From contig CM106585.1 in NCBI GenBank assembly GCA_048013815.1, positions 13,578,001-13,642,000 on the forward strand: a DNA stretch of 64,000 nt. Direction: 5' to 3'. This DNA is from Setoptus koraiensis. Taxonomy: Eukaryota > Animalia > Arthropoda. This document shows positions 37,301-47,399 of this stretch, in pieces. The notes beneath the pieces were generated by a model, which worked only from the letters and a program-made list of their open reading frames with translations, was not told the DNA's origin and did no database searches. The position numbers were made by a program, and so were the translations under genes. Each line of letters opens with the position of its first letter. Position 1 is the stretch's first letter.

Positions 37301-40300
37301 AACCAGTGTTACGCAATGCTAGAGAATTCGTCCGTGGGTCAGTTGAGTTTGCGCCAATCGCTGGGGCGCGACTATTTTGAGGGCTTCTGTTTGGGCCAGC
37401 AGCATTTGTACGTGGACAACGGCGGCGGGCATTCTTGCGCCAACAAGACCTGGATAAGCGATCGTATCGTGGACCAAGCGGTCATTGGGGTGCAGGCGCA
37501 ACAGGTCATAGAGCAGAGCGACCGCACTAGGTGCCGGCTGGCCTGTTTTGAGCAGCGTCTGTTTTATTGCAAATCGGCCATGTACGATTCGCAAACGAAA
37601 GAGTGTCGCCTGTACGGAATAGATCGCGAATCTACGCTTCACATGAGCCTGCTGTTCACTAAGGGCGTTGACTTTTTCGAGAATCAGTGCCACATAACCG
37701 CAAGCCAGTGCCCCTATGACGCAATAGAGCGAGATCTCACCATTGTCAGTGCCACCAAGTCGCTGCAAGCTCACTCAACGTTTGATTGTGAGCAAGCGTG
37801 CAACGACGAGCAAACATTCAATTGTAGATCGTACACTTATTTGCACAATTATCCGGATCAATTGCCAAACGTTTGCATATTGTCGGCGGACAGTCGCTCC
37901 ACCAGCCAAAAGGGCTCCATTCGAGAGCGCAAGCGAACACTGTACGCCGAACGCAACTGTTTCAACAGGAAGCCACGCCGACCCAATTCGTCGTCGGGCG
38001 ATGCCGCCACCGGCCTCATGGGATCGCCGACATCGTCTCAGGCAGCAACTGGCGGCACATTCACGCAGCCGATAGCCAAACCAGTGGGCGATCAGCCGAC
38101 CATTTCGTTCAATTTGTTGGGCTCAGCGGCCGGCCAAAACAACAATCACGCAACGCACCCATTCAAGCCCATCGTGCTCGATCAATCCTCGTTGCCGGCC
38201 CAAGACCTAGCCAATTCGCTGCAGCCAGGGTCCACAGCAGGTGACTTACCCGGCGGTCAGGCGGGCACAATTTGCGAGCCGCACCAGTACACGTTCGAAC
38301 GGACCTTCGGCTACGATTTTAGGTTTGCGCGTCGGGAACGGGCCCCGGTGCCCCAGTCGCTCGGTGTTGTTGTCGCTTGCCAGCAGGAGTGCTTGCTGCG
38401 CGAAGACAGATGCCAGGCCTTCGTCGTTGAGTACTCGCTGCCCTATCAGGGTTGTTTCCTGTTGGACAGCTCTGTCGGGGCCAACAAGAGGCTGCTGAGC
38501 CGAGCCACCAACATGGCCTATTTTGAGAAGATTTGCCTCGTCAGGACGGGCATAAACAACGATCTGGCAGTCATGCAGTCGTTGGCTCCATCCGTCCAAT
38601 TGCAACAACTGGAAACGAGTGGCCTGCAACACGGGGCCAGCTCGCCCGAACTGGCCATCGGCGCCACGGAACAGCAGCACAATCAATTGGTGCAGGACAA
38701 TCCCTGGCCCCAGACGGGCCCAAATCAATTGCCCTACTACATGCAGCAGCAACGTCTCGTTCAGCAATATCCCAGTCGAGCGTGTCCCAGATTGTGGTCG
38801 TTTGAACGATTCATCAACAGCAATTTTACACTGGCGCCCGAAAGAATCGTTGCCAACGTGCTGTCGCGCCTTCTTTGCGAACAATATTGCATCAACGAGG
38901 CCCGTTTCATTTGTCGCTCGGCCACCTACGACTACAACAATCTCACCTGTCGCCTATTCAAGGAGACCAGACGGTCAACATTGTCGCAATTTGTTCCAGT
39001 AACCGAAGTGCACAATTCATCGAACCTCACACCAACGAAAAACGCTCGCCAATCGCTCGCTGCCAATTACGAACAGCTAGCGGGTAGCCCCAACATTGAC
39101 TATGTCGAGAATCAATGTGTTCAGCAGCCGTCTTCGTGTCAATACAGGCCCATTTATGATTCGTTTTCGCCCTTTATCGACAAAATAGTCGCCTCTGTAT
39201 CGCTATCCGATTGTCAGCGCCAATGCGATTCAGAGCAACTGTTTCGATGCAGGGCAATCAATTATGATCCCGCCAACAAGGAATGTATGCTTCTCAATGA
39301 GGATCTTGTGACCTTGGACAGGGGCCAACAATCGCTAATTGAACGAAAAAACATCATCTACAGCGAGAAAGGCAATTGCGAATTGGTTAGTGTGCAGTGC
39401 AACCCGCAAGAGATGCTGGTCTCCATCAATTTCGACAGTCCATTTAGGGGCCGCATCTTGGCCAACGGAAATCCCGAGCAATGTTTTATTATTGGCGACG
39501 GCCAGACAACCATTCATTTTCCCATTGTGTTCGGCCCGAAATGCAACAGTCGCCAGGAGGTAAGTGTGATGGCGAGTTTCCGTTGTGCAACAGCAACAAG
39601 TCTCAAGCCTTTACTAATCATCCCGCCAACCGATTTGTTTTCTGATTACAGGGCCACAATACGTTCGTCAACGAGGTGGTGATTCAACAACATCCGGTGA
39701 TAATGACAGACAGCGACAAAACAGTTAGAGTTATGTGCTCGTTTGAGGCGCCAGATCAGACTATCACACTCAAGAACCCAAGCACAAATGGGGCCGGAAA
39801 AGCTGGAATAGACGTGAGCAAGTGAGTAGATACGAGTTTTGGCGATTCGCAAATATTTTTTAATGCTATTTCAATTGTCCATTCGCTTTTGCTTCTGCCC
39901 TGTCATATTTCTCGTTGCACGTTTGACGATTTTATTAATCCATTGTCATCTAACTGCCCTCAACAGCAACCCGGAGAATAGCCGAACCAGGCATGACAGG
40001 CCACCATTCAATTCTGTGATAAGCAACAAGTCGTCGCCGCCTATGGTTATTCTAAGGATATTAGATCTGAACGACAGAGATGCCACCATGATCAATTTAG
40101 GCGACGATCTGGTGCTAAAAATACAAATGCAATCGGGCGACCAGAGCCAACAGCAGGCCTCTGCGTTGAGTATATTTGCTCGCAATTTGCGAGCCAGAAG
40201 CTCCAACGGGGAATCACTGTTGCTCATAGACAACGATGGTTGCCCCGTTGACAATGCGGTTTTTCCGGCGCTCTCAATTGACCCCAGAGATGGAAAGTCG

Positions 40301-43288
40301 CTTTACTCAACTTTTAAGGCATTCAGATTTCCATCAAGTGGATTGGTCAATTTTGAGGTGCAAATTCGCTTCTGTCCCGAACGCTGCCAGCCAGTGCAAT
40401 GCAACAGAGGCCAATTGCAATCGTACGGCCGAAGGAGGCGCCGTAGAAGGAAGCGAGAGGCGCAAGTGACGCCGACCAATGTTTTTTCGTTGTCTGACAA
40501 CTTCGAAATGATAAACAATCCAGACGAGACAGTGACGCAATTCATTGAAACTGTCAATCCATCTGTGGACCATCAGATCGAAAGCAAAACAGAAAATAAC
40601 TCATTGCTTGTGATGAGCTCTAATCAGAGTGAAAATTACCACCAAAATAGATCCATAGCCATACCGGATGCCGGGGAAATAATGAAACCAGGAAGAGCTT
40701 TTCAAGTGTTGCGCGAGATGCTCCTCTCCGACTCTCAGCCTCTCTACAGCCAAACAATTAACACCACCGCAGATGTTACTGCCACTGTGGACACAAGTCA
40801 AGTGATTGATTCCTCATCGACAAGCTCGCCAACAGCTAGCATTAATACTAACGATAACTTGGCCAATACGAGGACACTTGCAGCGAACGACACCAATAAT
40901 TATCGCAGCAGCAACGTATTACCTGATATTGCGCCGGACACAAACGATTACTCCAGCAAATATCCAGCAACAGAAACCGGAAGCCAAGATTTCCCTCTTT
41001 CGCCCACTCCTATTGTACCCAGTGAAGAGTTTCATACAACATCAGGGACTACCCCAATGCCAGAGTTTGTTATAAATGACGCAATCAGCAATGGAGACAA
41101 TTTTGCTGAATCAAATACCGGCTCAACACAGTCGGAAATAACTACTTTGACTACAACGCTGGCAAACAAGGAGCAACATTCAACGACACGACCGATATCC
41201 GAGGACGGGCCCAAAAGAGAGAGGCCACTAAGTGAAAATGCGCTCACAGGAAGTACTAATAGGCATCTATCGGCAGACTACCAATCGGTGGTGCCGCCTC
41301 CAATTTTAACTCATGTCAGCCAACGAATTGTGCCAAATTATCTAGGTAGACCCATGTCGTTCAATTCGCAGCACAGCCAGGCAAACTCAGTGCTGACTCA
41401 GCACGCCATAACTGAGGCCCAATTGCGACCAGATACCAGTCAATCGCATTCAATAGATTTTAGTGTGATTGGCGATCCGAGATTCTCGCCGCCTGAACTG
41501 AGTTCGGGCGGCCAGATAATTCCGGAAATTTCGCATCATCAGGAGCACTCTGGCTTTGTTGTAAACAAGCAAAGACATCCACCAATCACAACAAGTGTCA
41601 TCAGCAACTCGCATCCTGGACACAGTGGAGATGTTGTCAACAGTTATCCAACAATAAAAGAATCTGCACCCGCAGTTAACGTCGACTACTCTAGCACGCG
41701 CTGGAAATATCAACAGGGCTTAGGTACCCAATTTGAGCCCATAACAACGCCAGTAACAACGGAAACACCATTCACAACGACAGTTTCATCGGTTCACAAA
41801 AACATTGGAGCTGCCAGTGATTATCCAGCTCCGTACGATCATTATGGCATCACTAACGAAGCCTATCAGTCGACCAGACCACAGTTACCGAGAACGAATA
41901 GCCGTGCTTCGGCCGCTGAGGTTCCGTTGAAATTTTCAATTCTGGTAGGCGATCAGAATCACAATCGTATCGGATCGGCCATTGGCTCGGCTAGTTGGCC
42001 CTCTGCTCATGTTGAGGATCTGAATGCAGCCACTGAGAGTGGACTCTCAGTAAAGAACTCAGAAAATCATAAATATGGAAAAGATAATTCTGATACATCT
42101 GGAGAGCATCGAAATTCCTCAGTAATCGATTTCGAGGCATCGCAGCAATCTAAGAGGCCCCCAGTCATGTCAAACACAGAAACGAACTTGCATTCAATCA
42201 ACAATACGTCCTCCTCGAACGCTGATAGACCACTAGATTTCGCAAATTTGGACAACAACGTTACTGCAATCTCGTCCAGTGGTCCAGACATTAGCGGCGA
42301 TACCAACACTAACTTCGATATGTTACCGCCTGATAACTCTTTGGACCCTTTGTTGCAACAACCGACCAACAACAGATCGTCTCTCACCCCTGCTATACAA
42401 TCTCAAGCGGAACTAGCTCATGCCGATTGTTCAATAGACAGTGCAAGTAGCCGCTTATGGCTGATAGTGTGGACAGGCACAATTGTGATAGTTTTAAATG
42501 TGGGCCTCGTTGTGATCAGCCTGATAATCTACTTTAAGAAAATTCATCTCAGTGGCAGACACAAAGTTAAGAGTATTCATAGGAGTCACGGTTGTGGTGG
42601 GTTCGGTAAAAAGTCCAAGAACGGTAGAAATCATTTGAGTACATCACTTGAGGCTAGCGAACACTTCTTTGCAAAATTAAACGGCCAACAAACTAGAGCA
42701 ACTACTAGATCATCTAGCATAAAACCTTTACAATCTACACAAGCCAGAAGCCACATCAATCAATCAACTGGTGAATTCCAATGGCCTAATTTGTCGTCTT
42801 CGTCGTCTCATTCAACCATATCCAGCATTACTTGTCCGCCACCTCCGGCCATGACAACTATGATACCCAGATCAAACAATCGAAATGGTCATTTGTTGCA
42901 ACATCACGATTTGGGTCATTTGCAACAGATGGTGACACAAAGATCGACAGCACCAATATACCAGAGTGAGTTCTATAATATAAATGAGATTGACAATGAT
43001 GATGAAGAAGACGATAACATCATCACATGTACTGTAAATCATGGCTTCGAACATGATGATGACGATTCAACAAAACAATTTTCTAACAGTAAAGATCAAA
43101 ATCACACAATGGAACCATCAACCAGCTTCGACAATCACAAGAACTTTGTGGCAGTCTCATGTGGCAAATCAAATAAAACGAAAGATTGTGACATGAAACA
43201 AAGTAACTGCCATTTGATGTCCAAGAGGTTCCTTAACGAAGACGACCAGTATTCAACGAATGCAAACAAAAATGACGCCCCATGGTAA
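34334..43288 (+). CDS. Giant NompA-like apical ECM protein: signal peptide, 12 PAN/Apple domains, ZP domain, furin site, TM; frame break near 39795
   Basis: Exons 34334-39559, 39652-39820, 39967-43288 (GT-AG introns). ZP-N VSVQC...NEVVIQQHPVIMTDSDK, ZP-C LIDNDGCP...FKAFRFPSS...CQPVQC, furin site RRRRRRRKR, TM near 42455-42535. Exon 2 needs one extra base to join exon 3. Confidence 0.85.
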
Positions 43289-43532
43289 ATATTAGATTGG
43301 GCATGCTTATAGAAAGTATCAGTAGATATGTCCTGTTAGTGTGAGGCTATAATGTATGTATATATATTAATGTATTATTTACAAGACCGGAATTGACACA
43401 GTCGTGTGTAAAATATGAAAATAAAACTCTCAATTAATCTGATCGTTACTCTCAACGGTTAAAGATTTCGGCTCCGATATTTAAGATTAGAGATGCTGAT
43501 CCAATATGGTGTCGTCTTGAACTCAATCAGCA

Positions 43533-45149
43533 TTAAACGGCTTTCTTTTTGTTTGCTGGGCCATCTTTATCCTCATCGTCTTCCTCTCTAAACACTGGGT
43601 GAGGTTGTGTTTTAGCATAAGCAGGTGTAAACCAATATGGCTTCTTTTCGGCATCTGCAGCATGCCTCAAGATACTCTGTCGCACATCTACACTATCATC
43701 TCCTTTACGTTTGGCGATGTTCTTCGCTATGTAAGAACTCAAGGTGCTACCTGATGCAGCCAATCGACCACCTTGGCCTGGACCTGAAACAGGTAGCTCA
43801 GGTTTGTGTGATTTGACGGGATCTAGGCGAGCCTTCATCATCATGTTCTTGCTAGATCTAACAGAGTCCTCTTTAAACATAGGCAGAGCATGAGGCGTTA
43901 GGATTTGTCCTGTGTCAATTGAATTTCGTGATTTATACTTTCTTCGAGCACTTTTAACTTCACACAATCTTGCACCTCCAATAGATGTTCTACAGCTGTA
44001 ATGAAGTTTGACAGTACCATTTGAACAACTATAAGCTATTTGATTCGTTTTTGGGTGCCAGTTGCATCTGATGATACTGACATCTTGAGCCTCCTTAACG
44101 ACTTCTTTCACTTCCATTGTTTCAGAATCCAAGAATAACAGTTGACCAGGCTGCTGGCGATCGCAAGAAACTGCTGTCAAGATTGTCTTATCATCTGGTG
44201 AATAAACACAATCGGTTAGGGGATAACGGTTCAGTAGGTCACGAGTTTCTTTAAGACAAGACTTGAGTTGACGAAGATCCCAAACTTTACAAGTGTCATC
44301 TCCGCCTCTGGAACATATTTTTCCGTAGGTATAAGCAAAATCAAGTCCTGAGGTCTCGGTTCCTTTGCTATGAGCCGCCTTAATACAAGCGGATGTATTT
44401 ATGAATTTTCTACGAGTGTCCCACATCAGAATAGATCCGTCGTTGCAAGCGGCCACAATCATCAGACAATCTTTTGAAAATCGACAAATATTTGGGATTG
44501 CTTTCAAGCCAGAATTCGGAGACCTCGATTTGATTACGTCTTTGTGTTTAGCGAGACTGTTCGTATCCCAAATTCTTATAGTTCCATCATTACTAGAAGT
44601 TATGAATTCACTCTTGGAACGTTGATTCCAACATCCATCATTGAGCATTGAAGTGTGTCCTTTGGTTTTGGCCATATCACTAATATACTGATCACCTTTG
44701 GCGCACTCGAGTTTATCGCTGGCTAGACCTTCTTTCGATAGAATCTTTGCCTGACAGTTCCCCGAGACAACCAGTATAAGGCTATCATCTTCGTTGTAAT
44801 CCAAATTTTTAATTATATGATGACCAGATGGTTGTACATGGCATAAAGCGTTCGGAACAACGGGACTCATCGATGCAAAATCCCATAAGGAGACATTGAA
44901 GTCATGTCCTCCAGTGGCGATTCTACTGCCTTCCTGGTTGAATGCAAGAGCAGAAATGGTCTTTTTTCCAGATGATGCCTCCAAATTTAAGTCGTTCTCA
45001 AGAGGTGGTGGCCAATAACGTGAATCATTATCGATGGTATCATGCGAGTCGTCATCCTCGCTGTCATCTGATGGCGAGGACTCTCGATCTTTTTTGGAGA
45101 AAACATCGTCCTCCTCATTATGAATATTTTTTGACGCTTCATCAGACAT
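43533..45149 (-). CDS. WDR70: WD40-repeat protein WDR70 / gastrulation defective 1 homolog, intronless
   Basis: CAKGDQYISDMAKTKGHTSMLN, SRGGDDTCKVWDLR, ILTPHALPMFK, KPELPVSGPGQGGRL, PAYAKTQP. Confidence 0.92.
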   Translation of the reverse strand: MSDEASKNIHNEEDDVFSKKDRESSPSDDSEDDDSHDTIDNDSRYWPPPLENDLNLEASSGKKTISALAFNQEGSRIATGGHDFNVSLWDFASMSPVVPNALCHVQPSGHHIIKNLDYNEDDSLILVVSGNCQAKILSKEGLASDKLECAKGDQYISDMAKTKGHTSMLNDGCWNQRSKSEFITSSNDGTIRIWDTNSLAKHKDVIKSRSPNSGLKAIPNICRFSKDCLMIVAACNDGSILMWDTRRKFINTSACIKAAHSKGTETSGLDFAYTYGKICSRGGDDTCKVWDLRQLKSCLKETRDLLNRYPLTDCVYSPDDKTILTAVSCDRQQPGQLLFLDSETMEVKEVVKEAQDVSIIRCNWHPKTNQIAYSCSNGTVKLHYSCRTSIGGARLCEVKSARRKYKSRNSIDTGQILTPHALPMFKEDSVRSSKNMMMKARLDPVKSHKPELPVSGPGQGGRLAASGSTLSSYIAKNIAKRKGDDSVDVRQSILRHAADAEKKPYWFTPAYAKTQPHPVFREEDDEDKDGPANKKKAV

Positions 45150-45434
45150 GTCAATTTGGTCGTAGAAGAAGATATTACGTTTAATTATGTATATGCAATC
45201 ATAAATAAATTAACGAAGATGGGTTAGTTAAAAATTTCATTGATATGGTCATCGTTTTTCTCCTGCCATTCATGTGCACAGCGGAGCGCGCAACGATTAA
45301 AATCATATGGTGTGTTTGGTACTGTTCTGCTGTGGCATTACGATCGGGAGACGTGAAAGAAATCCATTGTTTCAACTTGAGTGTTACATTTATTTGAAGT
45401 AATGGTACATTGAGCACTGGCTATTATTATTTAT

Positions 45435-46247
45435 TCAGAGATACGTTCTGAGTCTTATATCGATAGGCGATCTACAGATAGGACAATTGTGCAAGTAATC
45501 CGAGCATTGGGTACACGTTCCATGGCCGCATGGTCCAAAAACAATACCAACTTCTTTATCAAAACATATTTTACAAATGCCCAATCTGTTATCGTCATGA
45601 CTGGATGATTCTGGGCTAGGTCTAGTCACTTCATGTGTGTTGCTAGGCCTGTTGGAGGCTTGACTTAGTATTTGTTGTTGCGGTTGTTGTGGTTGGTGAT
45701 GCTGCGAAGATCGTATTCTTGATCGATTTGTTGGATCGCAAATAAGATCAGGCAACGTCGTTGGTGTTGTTGGTTGTTGTGTCAATCTTGTTTGACGTAT
45801 ATTTGGTTGTGTAACCGGATTTGATCGAACTTGATGCCCCATTTGAGAAGGTGGCGGTCTTGTCGTGTTAATATGTTGTGGAGGATTGTGCATACCGCAA
45901 ACGTCGTAAGGGTAGGGCCTCTTGGGTCCAGGAAAAGGATCATCACCGGATGGTATATTACCCACATCTGCGCCCATAACAAATGGACATGTGCTAAAAT
46001 GTTTTACGTGCTCCCTCATGGGGTCATCGCCAGGCGACCAATTAGAGATGTCACCGCCACAGAAGGCACAAGCAACACGATCGTCAACGTAAAAATAAAA
46101 AAAGCCTGCCTTGGCCAAATCTTCGGGATTTATGTAATGTTTAGGCCATTTTGGGTTCCTCCGGAAGGTGGATAGCCTATTGTCCTCTCTCTTCATGTTC
46201 ATGTCTCTGTAGAGAGATTCCCAGAATTGATTGGTTTCTATCGACAT
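45435..46247 (-). CDS. Inhibitor of apoptosis with one BIR and a C-terminal RING
   Basis: BIR: RLSTF...LAKAGF...VACAFC...W...DDPMREH.KHFSTC. RING: CKICFDKEVGIVFGPCGHGTCTQC...CPICR. 270 aa, intronless. Confidence 0.9.
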   Translation of the reverse strand: MSIETNQFWESLYRDMNMKREDNRLSTFRRNPKWPKHYINPEDLAKAGFFYFYVDDRVACAFCGGDISNWSPGDDPMREHVKHFSTCPFVMGADVGNIPSGDDPFPGPKRPYPYDVCGMHNPPQHINTTRPPPSQMGHQVRSNPVTQPNIRQTRLTQQPTTPTTLPDLICDPTNRSRIRSSQHHQPQQPQQQILSQASNRPSNTHEVTRPSPESSSHDDNRLGICKICFDKEVGIVFGPCGHGTCTQCSDYLHNCPICRSPIDIRLRTYL

Positions 46248-46427
46248 TATGTAAGAATATTTTGTTTTGTTTCAATATACAGGTTAAAAGAGATGGAGTG
46301 TCTAGATGAATGATTTAGCTTTTTCTTTCATGTTTGCATGTAATGCATATTTGTGTGTAAACAGATGACAAACGAGAACATCAACACAGCGAGATAAAAC
46401 ACAATTGCTGTTGATAGTTGCGTAGTA

Positions 46428-46786
46428 GGGATGTAGAAACCCGCGGGCGTATTGCGTATTGCGGTGAGCGGGCGAACCCGATAGTCGCATTTCGGGGGGT
46501 GTGTTTCGGGTATGTGCCTGAAGAGGGCTCTGTTGGCATTCGAGCATTCAACAGTGCGATGCTGAAACACACAAACAAACAACATTTTAATTGTTTGTTT
46601 CAAGCACAGCAAGTCAGCATACGAGTCCAACAGTGTTGGTTGTGCAATTTAAGCCCGTTCGTCAGTTGAAATTCCGCACATACCAAACTGTCGTCGGGTT
46701 TCCGCTCGTTACAGGAAATAAGCCAAAGATCGGGACATTGCGGATGAAACGGCGTGTCCCGGCGCCCGTCGCCCAATTCTTTTTTT
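46428..46786 (+). ncRNA. Candidate structured non-coding RNA, family unassigned
   Basis: Eight mutually compatible helices found by eye (see finding), a GC-rich island in AT-rich intergenic DNA, ending in T7 (46780-46786). No diagnostic SRP, RNase P/MRP or snRNA motif; strand is inferred from the T-run. Confidence 0.4.
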
Positions 46787-47399
46787 GTCTGCAGTTTCCT
46801 CACTGTTCCCCACAAAACTGCTCATGTTATGTGCGAGATTTGAGCAGGTTTTAGACGGCGTAGAGCGAACTCTTGTGAGTTTTATTTCAACTAATTCCAA
46901 AATAGATGTATACAGAGAAACGAACACACGGAACTTGTGTGTGTCACTTGAAACTCAATAGCAACGTCTACTCAATTAAATAATGAATTATTTTTCATGA
47001 CTCAGATTGTCATAATCAGAGCCATGATCGATTTCGGCACTGACCCCCCTGTAGTCGATCGCATACGTCCCACTTTGTCTATACTTATTCAGTTGAAACA
47101 ACATTTCGGAGTCTAGAGGATGCACCCGACACATTCCATTTTATATCGACAACAACACTTGCATGGGATTGGTTACTAGATCAGGCGTGTACCTTTTTAT
47201 TATTATTATTATGATCTAACAACAGCAAATATTACATGTTATTATGCATGACCGCTTCATACTGGACATAACAAAGTTTTTTGAATTGATTTGATACTAA
47301 CTTTCAACCCCGAATAGCAAGTGAGAACATATTTTCTTTTATGGGCACTGTATATTATTGTCACTCGGCGAACCACTATCATTAATCCATTTAAGCACA

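Noticed and set aside
34361-38884. Long antisense and alternate-frame ORFs (e.g. 35288-36367, 36383-37249, 34696-35508)
   Set aside because: Shadows of the GC-rich PAN exon; no domain motifs.
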